Program-made: the position numbers and the translations under genes | Origin: Camelus dromedarius | Lineage: Eukaryota | DNA length: 64,000 bases | Assembly (NCBI RefSeq): GCF_036321535.1 | Contig: NC_087437.1 | Coordinates: forward strand, 4,216,001 to 4,280,000 | Direction: 5' to 3' | The notes under the pieces: model-generated | Seen by the model: only the letters and a program-made list of their open reading frames with translations | Database searches by the model: none | What the model was told of the DNA's origin: nothing | Shown: positions 51,203 through 62,874 of the stretch, piece by piece | Position numbering within the stretch: position 1 is the first letter of the stretch | Layout of the letters: the number at the start of each line of letters is the position of its first letter

Positions 51203-52048
51203 GCAGCGCTATTTACAGCAGCCAAGACAAGGAAGTAACCTAAACGTCTATTGAAGAGGACTGGATAAAGAAGCTGTACTATATTTATACAATGGAATAC
51301 TACTCAGCAGTAAAAAGAATGAAATACAGAGAACAAACTTATGGTTACCAGCAGGGGAAGGGGGTGGGAAGGGATAAACTGGGAGCTTGAAATTTGCAGA
51401 TACTAACTACTGTATATAAACTGGATAAACAACAAGTTTCTTCTGCATAGCACAGGGAACTATATTCAATATCTTGTAGTAACCTACAATGAAAAAGAAT
51501 ATGAAAACAAACATATATACATATACATACAACTGAAACATTATGATATACACTAGAAATTGACACATTGTAAACTGACTATACTTCAATAAAAAAAAAT
51601 TTAAAACAAGATTAAAAAAAGAGTGAAATAATGCCATCTGCAACAACATGGATGGACCTAGAGATTATCATACTAAGTGAACTGAGTCAGACAGAGAAAG
51701 ACAAATATGATACCACTTATATGTGGAATCTAAAAAAGAAAAAAAAAAACACAAATCTTATTTACAAACCAAAAATAGATTCACAGACATAGAAAAAAAC
51801 TATGGTTACCAAAGGGGAAGGGAGGAGAGGGATATTTAGTTTGGGATTAGCAGATACAAACTACTATATATAAAATAAACACCAAGGTCCTACTGTACAG
51901 CACAGGGAACTATACTCAATATCTTGTAATAACCTATAATGAAAAAGAGTCTGAATATATATATGTATATGTATAACTGAATCCCTTTGCTGTACACCTG
52001 AAACGACTGTAAATCAACTACACTTCAATAACAAAATTAAAAAAAAAA
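51203..52048 (+). mobile_element. L1 3' fragment with a second L1 3' fragment nested at about 51326-51615
   Basis: Two 3'UTRs; inner TSD aaaaaga(a/g)tgaaata. Confidence 0.88.
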
Positions 52049-52129
52049 CCAAGAACTAGACCATATTACTCTTCAACTTAAATGACTGATTACTGCATTT
52101 AGAATTTAAACATGAAAAGTCAGCCTGGT

Positions 52130-52562
52130 CTTTCCCCCTGCTTCTCTCTCTGACCCTGTTTCCAGCTGTTCTTCATCTTACTCACCGTGTTCCAACTACA
52201 TGGGCTCCTCTCTCTGCTTTAAACATGCCCCAGGGCTTTTGCACATGCCCTCCCCTTTCCTGGAATACTCTTCCCCCCAGATATTCACATGGCTGATTCA
52301 TTCTCATCTCAATGATGTGCCAACACAAATGGCAGTAAAAAGTCCTTCTCTTCCCTTCCAGCTAAAGCACAGCAATCACTGTCTCTCTCGTCACCCCATT
52401 TGTTTTCCTTATGGTGCCCATTACCTTCTGAAATACCCTATTCATTTGTTCATGGGCCACAGAATGTCATCTCCACGAGGGCAGAGACTTGACTTAGTTT
52501 TCCTCTTCCACCTAGTAGGCCTGGTACATCCCAGGATTTCAACAAAAAAAATGTTGAATAAA
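52130..52562. mobile_element. L2 relic
   Basis: cagggcttttgcacatgccctcccctttcctggaatactcttcccccagatattcacatggct...aaatgttgaat. Confidence 0.6.
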
Positions 52563-52738
52563 AAAGCTCTCAGTGTTCCTTCCTGTGCTGAGCAGATTCT
52601 GTGAGAAAGTGCTTTAACATTCCTAATAGCCTGCTCACAACTCTATCTAGTCCTCGGTGAAACTGGGTAGAAGAAAACAGCACGCCTTGAAAACTTAGGT
52701 TATGTGCGCAAAAGGTTGAGGATGTGGAAGGATGTTTA

Positions 52739-52936
52739 TTTTTTTTAACTTTTTTTATTGATTTATAATCATTTTACAATGTTGTGTCAAATTTCAGTGT
52801 GGAGCACAATTTTTCAGTTATACATGAACATATATGTAATTCATTGTCACATTTTTTTCTCTGTGAGCTACCATAAGATCTTGTATATATTTCCCTGTGC
52901 TATACAGTATAATCTTGTTTATCTACTCTGCATTTT
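52739..52936 (-). mobile_element. L1 3'UTR fragment
   Basis: TSD gaaggat(g/c)ttta. Confidence 0.87.
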
Positions 52937-53339
52937 GAAGGATCTTTAAAATACAGGACAATTTAGTCACTTCAAAACTATTTTCTTTCTGGATAGTTTT
53001 TGGGTGGGGGGGATTTATAGCTACTGACACTCCTGTAGGCTACAGTGAGTTGGTCCTTAAGAAATAAGAAATTTTGGAAATACATGTAACCCTGAGCATT
53101 AAATTATGAAATCTACATGTAAAGTATTAGGGCAAAGATAAGCAGTGATCTGCAAAAGACAGGGTTGATCCCAGGCCAGCAAAACTTAACAGCAGACAGA
53201 ATGAACGGATTTATACAGCTAATAAAGAAGAATTAGGTATTCTTCAGAAGGAAGAATGGTGGTCAGCAATGAAGTAGAGAAAAACCCCCGAGTCCTAGCA
53301 GGCAACCATGGCAAGACCCATCCAACCCCACCTGGAGCC

Positions 53340-53550
53340 GGGCTGGTCCAATACACTAGCCACTAGTCACACACTGCTATTAAAATGTGAAATCAAGCAG
53401 CTTAAAATTAAATACAATTTAAAAGAAAGCTCTTCAGTTGTCATAGCCACATTTCAAGGTGCTTAACAGTCCTATGTGGCCAGCGCCTAACATTCTGGAT
53501 GGTATAATTATAGAATATTTCCATCAAAAAAGTTCAATTGGACAGTGCTG
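53340..53550. mobile_element. MER33/MER3-like hAT element
   Basis: gtccaatacactagccactagtcaca...agccacatttcaagg...ttggacagtgctg. Confidence 0.6.
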
Positions 53551-55004
53551 AAGAAAAATGTGTCCCCTGGCCCACGACCTCACCTGCACAGTTATGTCAA
53601 GAGAGAGGAAGAGATGCAGATCTATATATCTGATTTTAAATTACATTCCCCTGATTAAATACCGCTAGACATTTCAGTCACAAAACTAACTCCCTTGCTC
53701 TGATTCTACAACCTCCAGCAGTCTTTGGATGACAATTTAGCTGCTCACTGGTCTACATGCCTACAGGGAGAGACTATATTTCTCAGAGGACATGAATGTC
53801 CAGGCCCCTGAGCACCAAAAGTTCCATTACAAAGGTAATTGCCATCCTTTTGTTATACATCAGTCCCTCGGTTTGGTTAATGTGAGTCTTCCCTGGACTG
53901 AACAAAGTTCTAGTTAATAAATGAAATGCCTACTAGTGCCAGATGTGGTGGGTACCTCAGGGACCGTCAATATTGATGAATTCTCTCTGTCTGACCACTC
54001 TAAAACTGCACAGCTGGCTACCCAACTCTAGACCATGGCAAATTCACTACAGTAGTGGTTCTCCAGTATTCCTAGTGTGAGTTCATTGGGGAGCTTTCTA
54101 AAATGCAAGTGCCTAGGCCCTACCCACAGAGACTAGAGTCATTGGGTTGGGCCACTGAATTGCTCACAAGCTTCGCAGCAAACTCTGATAAGTTCACAGT
54201 AGACACTTTGGGTGCCCTGCCCGTAACCTCTCAAGTCCTTTACTATTTTGTGTATGCCAGTTTCCGTGCTCTCATTCCAACAGCTAGGACCTGTGTCTGC
54301 TGGTACATGGGCTGCTTTCCAGCTGTTGAAAGTGTCTGGAATGTGTCTGGAAATGTATATTCCCTCAAGTATGCTGGAATAGAAATTCTCTTGTTACCTT
54401 GCCCCTTGACGACTCTAAGGTTTCACCCGTGCTGTCTCTAGACTGGTTCTGTGGATCTGACCCTCCCTGAGAGTTTCCTTATCATCCTGCCCTCATGTTC
54501 CCAAATCCTCACTTCCCTACCCACCCCCAGTTTTTCCTGTGTATATTTCTAATCCATTGATTTCACATGACTCCTTATCTACCATCTATTTCTGAGGAAC
54601 TCAATCTAACTCAGGTACCAATGTGTGAGAGCCACTGAATTAACAAGAAGTCACTTACTAAGATCTTCTGAAAGATAGCCATCCCCTTGGATGGCCCTTG
54701 CCCTAGCCTCGGTCCTGTATCTTCCCATTTAGAAATTCTATAACAATAATAGCTTTTTGTCACATGACTGCAAACTCTCTGAGATAGATCACACTACACA
54801 TCTCTCCTATGCTCTAAAAGTTTGTACTAGACCAAGGCGACTGCCACTCTGAGGGACTCCCTGTGTATCACTCAGGAAGTAAGAGGGGCCTGGTTTCTTG
54901 CTGCTGCCTTGCAATGTTTATGTGCCAGAGGAAATTCAGGGCTGGCCCAGGGTGCGCCCTTAAACCTTCAATTGACTAATCTGAATTTAAAATTAACCCT
55001 TAGC

Positions 55005-55094
55005 AGGGTAGGTATAGAGCTCAGTAGTAGAGTGTGTGCTTAGCACGCACAAGGTTCTGGGTTCAATTCCCAGTACCTCCATTAAAAAAAAAAA
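55005..55094 (+). mobile_element. tRNA-Ala-derived SINE
   Basis: Core plus poly-A. Confidence 0.85.
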
Positions 55095-55619
55095 CACTTT
55101 CATATCATTGGAGGATTATAATTCTCTACCATGTGAATGCTGCCAAATTCGAGTCCCAATTGTTGGGCAGCATTTTATCTGCAGGGAAATGTGTGAAGGC
55201 AACAGATATCTCAGAAATTAGATAAATTCAAAGCCACATCAAGTCTCTTTAGGCAAGTATCTCTGAGCATCTTTGAGAAGAGCTCAGCAAAACCACAGCA
55301 GATTCACAGAGCATCTCAAATAGGATATCCTCCCTTTGAATGATGGAGGAAAATAATTTTAAAAGATTAAAAAGTGAGAAAAAATCATGGTTGAGGATAA
55401 AGATATAAATACAATGATAACCCCTGCAAGGCTTTTGTAAGAGCAAAACATTGACAATGATTTCTACAGCCAACAATTTAGGAGGTGTTAAACAAATTAT
55501 GTCATATCCACAAGATGGAATATTATTTCCAATCTTTAAAAAAATGTTGCAAAAGAATGTTTAAGGAATTGGACAAAAGTTCATTCTATAAGGTTCATAG
55601 AAGAGTGAGGAAGGCATAT

Positions 55620-56112
55620 AGTACTGGTTATCCCCAACATCCATTCTCCCCTTCTATACCAATTAGTCCCCAGTATTTGCCTAGGAACTTGGCTGCCCAG
55701 ATAAACACTACACTTTCTAGCCATCATTTTTACAATGAGGTGTGACACGTGACCACGTTCTGGCCAATGGGATGTCAGCAAAGGTGGTGTGTGCAATTCC
55801 TAGGAGTGTCCTTGAAGAAAAGGAGGTGGAAACCTGCCCTTTTCCTTCTCTTCCATTGTTCTTGTTGCTGGATGTGAATGTAATGCCAGGAGCAGTTATC
55901 CTGGATTATGATGCTGAGATCAGAGGCAAAAACAAAAAACAACAACTTAGAAAGAGACAGGGTCCCTGACACTGTGGTGTATCACCCAGCTTTTTAAACC
56001 TACCTTAGGACTTATGTGTGAAACAGAAAAAAAAATAGGTTTCATCCTGTTTAAATCATTGTTATGTTTTTTCTTTTGTTAGTCACACTCAGCTATAATT
56101 GTGACTGATACA
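55620..56112 (+). mobile_element. MLT1-like MaLR solo LTR
   Basis: gtgaccacgttctggccaatgggatgt...tgtttaaatcattgttat...tgactgataca end. Confidence 0.6.
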
Positions 56113-56134
56113 AGGTACCTAACAGTGCATTCCT

Positions 56135-56331
56135 GCACTGTCCAATATGACAACCACCAGCCTGTGGCTATTCTAATAAAGAGAAATTAAAATTAAATTA
56201 TATTTAAAACTCATTTCTTCAGTTATATTACCCACATTTCAGGTGCTCAATAACCATACTTGGCTGCCTTATTGGACAGTGAAGAGAAGGAAAATTTCCA
56301 GCACTGCAGAAAATTCCATTCAACAGCACTG
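56135..56331. mobile_element. MER33/MER3-like hAT element
   Basis: gcactgtccaatatg...cacatttcaggtgctcaataacc...ttggacagtg. Confidence 0.6.
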
Positions 56332-56749
56332 ATATTCACAATGTTACATCCTTTTTAAAAAAAATGTGTGTGTGTGTATGAGTGTCAAGAGAGAAGAGAA
56401 TAAAAGATAAGAGAAATAAATGTTAAGAATGGCTTTATCTGACAGCTAGGATGACAGGCGATTTTATTTTCTTCTTTATGTTCATCAGCACCATGAAACT
56501 ATTTTATAATTAACATTGTTTTTTTTACATTTTATTGAGGTATGATTTGCATGCTTAAAAAATTCATTCATTGCAACCATTCAATAATTTTTAGGAAATT
56601 TATGAAACTGTGCAACCATCAAACAAAATCTGGTTTTAGAACACTTCCATAATCCCTAATCCAATTACAGTCAGCCCTTGCTCCTGCACTGGCCCTAGGC
56701 AACTATTCAGATTACTTTTATAATAAGAAAAGTATTTTTTAAAACATAC

Positions 56750-57382
56750 CAGTTTTATCAAGTTCCACTTGTTCAGAAGTAGTTGAAATTTGGGACCATA
56801 TTTCATTCTGGAGCTTTTTCAGGAAGTTCTTACTGTAAGTTTCCAAGTCTGCGTAGGACTTCAGCATGGAGAGCATCTGTCCCGGAGGGTAAGACACTAT
56901 TTCTTCTAATTGGGTCTTGTTAGCTCCTTGGATGCCCGTGGCAAACACAGTTATGTCCTCCAGTCGGAGACTCAGGGCAGCCTCGCGCACCTGGTCATCG
57001 GATGGTCTGTGAGTGACCAGGACTGCAATCTGAGGCACTCCCTGTGCCCTCCTGCTACCATTTGAGGCTGAGAAGCCTTCTGCCCTCAGCTTCTCAAGGG
57101 CAACCCCTGTGTTGGATTTTCCAGCCCGCAGAGACAGCTTCTCAATTTGCTTCTGAAATTCCGATTGGGTTGTGCTTGATTTCAGAAGAGAAAGCGTCTG
57201 GGCTCTGTCACTGTAACTCATCAGGCCAAGCCGCAGGCAGTTTTCTTTCACACCCATGGAGGAGGAGATGTTCCTCAGGAAGCTCTGCAGGTTCCGGAGA
57301 TCTTCTCTGGTCTCAAGAGACTCATCTACCAGGAACATGAGGTCAGCAAGGGAATCTTTCTGACACACCCTGGGAGAGGGAA
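56750..57382 (-). CDS. COL6A5: VWA domain 2 exon (633 nt)
   Basis: ctttctctccacag acceptor, gtatgt donor; VPSPRVCQKDSLADLMFLVDES...LDKT. Confidence 0.95.
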
Positions 57383-57627
57383 CTGTGGAGAGAAAGCATG
57401 AGGATTAGCACAAACCCCCGGCCCAGGGTGAGAAATGCACTTTGCAGATTGTCAACAGGCATCCGTGAAAATAGAAGTAGTCATGACAGATGCAGTTAGC
57501 AATTTTTTTTAACTGAAAGAAAGATAAAAAGTCTGAACAAAGTTACATTGATCATTGACTCCAGAGGCTTTGCAATGCTCTTTCCTCTAACTGAAGAATG
57601 CTTCTTACTAATTTTCTTCCCACATCC

Positions 57628-58020
57628 CATCACCATGGACTTCATGACCACCACCACCAGTATAACCACCACTACCACCACCACCATCACCTCCACCTCC
57701 ATCACCACCACCATGGTCTTCGTGATCATCAACACCAGTATGACCCCCATTACCAACAGCACCATCTCCTCCAACTTGACCACCATCACCACCACCATGG
57801 TCTTCACGATCACCAACACCAACACCATCACCATTACCGCCACCTCTACTATCCCTACCAACAACAATCACTACCACCAACAACAACCATCACTCTGCCA
57901 CCACCAGCCTCACCTCCAGCAATGCCACCACCTTCATCTCCAACACTATCACTACCACCACCTCCACCAGCCACCACTAAGACCTCTAAGTCCACCACCA
58001 CCAGTATGAACCACCACCAG
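57628..58020. repeat. Degenerate (CAC/CAT/CAA)n low-complexity repeat
   Basis: Read directly; source of spurious poly-His/Thr/Val/Gly ORFs. Confidence 0.92.
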
Positions 58021-58312
58021 TTTCAAGTGTTGGGATGCAGGCATGAATTAGTAGAAAAATCTCTGACCTCAGGGAGCTTACATTCTAGAGGCAGGTCAGA
58101 TGAATAGATTATACCCCTTCAGACCACAATAAATGCTAGCAAGGAAATAAAACAGGTGACCCAACTGAGCTGCCCTATGCTATGGATGTGGGGTGAGGAC
58201 TAGCTTATCTGAGACATAAATAAGTCAGGGAGGGTCTCTCTGACAGGATTACATTTGGGTTGAGATGTGGATGAAGAAAAAGATTCAGTTACATGTGGTT
58301 CAAAAGGAAGAG

Positions 58313-58800
58313 GATACTATTCAGCCATAAAAAATGACAACATAACACCATTTGTAGCAACATGGATGTCCCTGGAGAATGTCATTCTAAGTGAAGTAAG
58401 CCAGAAAGAGAAAGAAAAATACCATATGAGATTACTCATATGTGGAATCTAAAAAAAAAAAAAAAAAAAACAGAACATAAATACAAAACAGAAACAGACT
58501 CATAGACATAGCATACAAACTTGTGGTTGCCAAGGGGGCGGGGGGTGGGAAGGGACAGACTGGGAGTTCGAAATTTGTAGATACTGACAGGCATGTGTAG
58601 AATAGATAAACAAGATTATACTGTATAGCACAGGGAAATATATACAAGATCTTGTGGTAGGTAGCTCACAGCGAAAAAAAAAGTGACAATAAATATATGT
58701 ACATTCATGTATAACTGAAAAATTGTGCTCTACACTGGAATTTGATACAACATTGTAAATTGACTATAACTCAATAAAAAAAAAATTACTGAAAACAAAA
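58313..58800 (+). mobile_element. L1 3' end fragment
   Basis: YYSAIKNDNITPFVATWMSLENVILSEVSQ; TSD aaaaggaaga. Confidence 0.9.
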
Positions 58801-58925
58801 AAAAAGGAAGACGAATTCTGGCAGAAAGGCCAGCAAGACGTAGGAACAAGCAAGAAGCCCAGAGCATGTATGTCTTAGCTGTGAAAAACATAAGCACAGA
58901 ATCTGCCATCAAAAGTGATAACCTC

Positions 58926-59542
58926 ATATATCCAGAGGGAACCCTAATTCAAAAAGACCCTGCACCCCAATGTTCATAGCAGCACTATTTACAATAGCCA
59001 AGACATGGGAACAACCTAAATGTCCATCAACAGACGACTGGATAAGGAAGCTGTGGTATATTTATACAATGGAATACTACTCAGCCATAAAAAAGAATAA
59101 AATAATGCAATTTGCAGCAACATGGATGTTCCTGGAGAATGTCATTCTAAGCAAAGTAAGCCAGAAAGATAAAGAAAAATACAGTAAGGTATCACTCATA
59201 CATGGAATATATAAAAAAAAAGGACAAATTAACTTATATATAAAACAGAAACAGACTCACAGACATAGAATACAGACTTGTGGTTGCTGGGGGAGAGGGG
59301 TGGAAAGGGATAAAGTGGTAGTTCGAGATTTGCAGATACTGACTGGTATATATAAAATAGATAAACAAGTTTGTACTGTACAACACAGGGAACTATATTC
59401 AATATCTTGTAGTAGTTCATGGTGAAAAAGAATATGAAAATGAATTTATGTATATTCAGGTATGACTGAAGCATTGTGCTGTGCACCAGAAATTGACACA
59501 AGATTGCAAGCTGACTATAACTCAATAAAAAAAGAAAAAAAG
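58926..59542 (+). mobile_element. L1 3' end fragment
   Basis: ORF 58970-59425 begins with the L1 ORF2p C-terminus; TSD tgataacctc. Confidence 0.92.
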
Positions 59543-59857
59543 AAAATGATAACCTCTACTTTTTTCTTTTGTATTTTGCTAAACACTGAAGAAGCTGAAG
59601 TTCAACTTCAAATTGGGGGAAACCTCAGAGCTGCTTTATTTGGTGTTGTGGGACCTCTTACTGCTTTGAATACATGATTAGTAATCAACTGCCCTGTATA
59701 CCTGTTTTCAGATTTCATTTCGACAAACAAGCACTGTAATTACAGCTATTAGAATAAAATCACTTTACTATTCAAAAGGGGGGGGCAGCTAGGAGGCAGA
59801 ATGGGCTGAACTTCTTTAGCATATGGTGACACTCATGAAAGAGATTTTTACCTTAAG

Positions 59858-59861
<4 letters not shown>

Positions 59862-59910
<49 letters not shown>
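59862..59910. repeat. (AC)24 microsatellite
   Basis: Read directly. Confidence 0.95.
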
Positions 59911-59914
<4 letters not shown>

Positions 59915-60636
59915 GAGAAGCAGCGCAGGAGAGGATGAGTCAATGGCGCGCGCGCCTGCAGGGCTCCCGCGTTGCAGAGCTTACAGCGCGCAGCGCCCCC
60001 TTCTCTGCCCGGTCTCTGTCTAAGGCGTTGGTTCCCACCCAGTGTCCCTACATATTGACAAGCATTTGTTGAGTATTTACTGTGTGCCTCACACCATGCC
60101 CAGCACTACGAGGGAAAGAGAACAGACAAGGATCTTATTCTTTATCCACAAGACTTTCACTGATTCACTCATTAAGAAACAGAGCACCGGCTCACTGCCA
60201 GGCACGGCGTAGACCCAAAGAACACGGAGGGGAATGGAAGTTACCAGTTCTGCCCTCGTGGTACTAAAGGTTCATGTGGGGGTGGAACCAACACAGAACC
60301 CGGTAATCTTACAGCCTGGGAAGTACGCAAGGAACTGGGAGACCGAAGAAAGGACTCTGAACCGAAAGCCTCGGGAGAGTAGGACTGAGGTTTACACAAT
60401 GATTGAAATGATGGCAGGAGTGATTCAGCTGCAGGAAGGCTGGGGAGCACAAGAGGATTCCTGTGTCGGAGGAAACCCAGAAGCAAGTGCAGAAGGGGTG
60501 AGAGTAGGGTCCCGGTGCGGACACCGCCAGTACTTCCTTACGTCCAATCACGGAAACCAGAATGGGGTCTGCGAGAGAGGAGGGTGCAGCCCGTCCCATG
60601 GGGACGAGGCGCCTCTTCAACCAAGGGCTGCCTCAC

Positions 60637-61227
60637 CTGCGCTTTCAGCGTGGGCTGCTCCCTCCGTGGACTGAGCCGCCTCCTTGAGGATCTGCGTCAT
60701 GTTCAGGGAGAACGCGCCAAGGTCTCGGACCGTGCGGAGGCGGTAGTGGAACTGGGCCGTGGCCACGGCCTTCAGGGTCTCCTCGGACACACTCTGCGTC
60801 CCCACGGAGACGATCCGCACCCCGTCTTTGCGCAGGGCCTCGGCGGCCTCTTCCACGGCATCCTCAGGCTCGGCCGAAGCCAGGACCACCAGGATCGGGG
60901 GAAACTGCTTCCTGTCCCTTCCGTTTGAGAAGTAGGTCCTGTGCGCCTCCCGGAGAGCGTTTCCCAGGCGCGGGGAGCCGCCCAGGAACCCGAAGTTCTT
61001 CTTGAGGTGGTTGAGCATGGGGCCCCGGCTCCTGAAGGCGCTGAGCTGGAACTCAGCGTGGAGCTCGTCGCTGTACTGGGCCAGCCCCACGCGGTACTTG
61101 TCCGCCTCTATGGGGAGGCTGCTGACCATCCTGCTGATGAACGTCTTCACCGGCGGGAAGGACTTCACTCCCAGGTGGTCGGAGCTGTCCACCAGGAACA
61201 CCACGTCGGCGTACTCAGGGCCTGGCC
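60637..61227 (-). CDS. COL6A5: VWA domain 1 exon (591 nt)
   Basis: ttttaatag acceptor, gtgagg donor; GPGPEYADVVFLVDSSDHLG...; phase 1-1. Confidence 0.96.
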
Positions 61228-62608
61228 CTATTAAAATAAGAGACAACAACCCCCAACAAGGTGATGGTTCAGCCTTGATGTTTTCTCACCAGTACTCCTT
61301 TGAGACTATGTCCTAGAGTTAAGGATCACTCAGAATCCCAAGGAAAGTGTCTTCTGGAGGTCTCACAGAAGAAACCGTCCTTGTTTATGCTAAAATGTCA
61401 AACAAGAGGGCCTCTGTAAAGTTAGCGATAGATTTTTTTTTTTCTCAACTGGATGCCAGGGTCAACCGACATTTTTTTTTCTTTTTTGGTTGTGGAACCC
61501 AAAACATTTTGACACTGTTCTGAAAGAATAAAGGATGTGATACTGGAAAGGCCCCGAGTGGTCTGTGGACTAACTTCTGAAACAGCATGGAGTAAGCAGC
61601 TATCTTCGGTCGGAGCAGACAGAGATCTGAGACGGGGACGTGGGTATAGGGCTTTCCGCGGGGAAGCAAAGAAAGAGGAGCAAGTGTGAAGCAAAGCAGG
61701 ATGTGGCTGGATCCAAGGGGACTCTGGAGCATCCATTCCAGCAGAGTGTCCCCCTCTGGGGCAAGAGGGACAGTTTTTTGCCCTCGTCTATTAGGCCGTC
61801 ATTGGCCGCAGACCTTCCCCAAGAACTGGAGGGAAGGAGCAGAGGATTATGGGCATATCCTCCAGGTTAAGCTGGTTCTGGAAAAGCCAAGAGCAATTCT
61901 CCTGAGAAAGTGGGGTTCAGCCTGAGCTGTGGCAGGTGATCCTCCCAGCAGCTGGGGCTGGGGGAGGTGTGCCAGCCTGATAAAGAGGGTCTGGACAAGG
62001 GGAGGCGCCAACCACGCTGACTTCAGCAGTCATGATCTGCCACCTCCACACTCTCAGTGAGAGACCTGCTGGTACATGTCTAACCAAGCAGGACATTTCT
62101 TTCAAAGTGACCCCGAAATTCATCAGGGAATCCTAGGGTCACAGAGCACAGAGCTAAAAACACTTTTTTTGAATGATGTTTTTAGTAATTACAGAAGAGT
62201 AGAAAACCCTAGCTTTCATATTCCAGATGTATATAAACTTTGCTCTGTGGGGTTCCTTTTTTTCCCTTTTCTTCCATTTATTAAGGCCAACCCACAGACT
62301 GACCTACAAAACAAATGGGTTGACTCTATTCACAGAGGCATGGAACATTGGAACTTAAGCAAATCAATGAATATTTAAAGTTTTTCTAGCCAGGTGTAGC
62401 ATAATTCATGACTTTTGCCCATGGCTTTCTGTCATCTTTAAGAGCTTAAGTTTGCTTGATATTGTGTACCTCCAACTATGAAGAAATGTTGTCTACCTTG
62501 ACTTTTTAGTAAATAAATACCTTCTTTCTATGTATTAAAATAAAGATTTGTTGAGACATAAAAATATGTATTTTCCTAAATAATAACAATCATAAAATAT
62601 ACTGGTAC

Positions 62609-62675
62609 CTGGGCTCTGATCTGTCAGTGTTTCAGTCCAAAGGTTTAGGACAAATATAATTAGCAGGGTCTTCAT
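62609..62675 (-). CDS. COL6A5: First coding exon, signal peptide MKTLLIIFVLNLWTETLTDQSP(G); exon starts at 62704 with 29 nt of 5'UTR
   Basis: Acceptor ttttttaacag; in-frame TAA 27 nt upstream of ATG; A at -3; hydrophobic core; donor G|gtacca; 67 nt, phase 1. Confidence 0.93.
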
Positions 62676-62874
62676 CTTGTTAGTGAAGTTCTCTTGCTTT
62701 TACTCTGTTAAAAAAATGTTATTTACACCATGAAAAATTTCACTGTATAATAAGAAAAAACTACTAGGAAAGTCGTGTTCCAGCACAATACACTGTAAAC
62801 AGGTATTTGTCAAAGCGATGCCAGGTGTTCATAAAACATTCATCAAGCATTTGAATATTTGTTGAAAACAGATA

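Larger units (their letters stand above)
2671..62704 (-). other. COL6A5: COL6A5 gene body (partial): 34 coding exons, 2158 codons in window, continuing beyond coordinate 1
   Basis: The spliced translation gives signal peptide + 7 VWA + Gly-X-Y + 2 VWA and closely follows human COL6A5 as I recall it (GPGPEYADVVFLVDSSDHLG, CQKDSLADL, GNIAERTCCC, GNPGQNNNIKGQKGSKGEQGRQ). All introns are GT-AG with consistent phase. Confidence 0.96.

Noticed and set aside
57496..58107. Poly-His, poly-Thr, poly-Val and poly-Gly ORFs
   Set aside because: They are translations of one stop-poor (CAC)n repeat in several frames, with no splice or promoter support.
58970..59425. 151-aa ORF as a host gene
   Set aside because: It is the L1 ORF2p C-terminus running into the 3'UTR of a 5'-truncated copy.
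60515..61316. Plus-strand ORFs overlapping the VWA1 exon (likewise 43743-44243 over VWA5)
   Set aside because: Antisense shadows of GC-rich coding exons.
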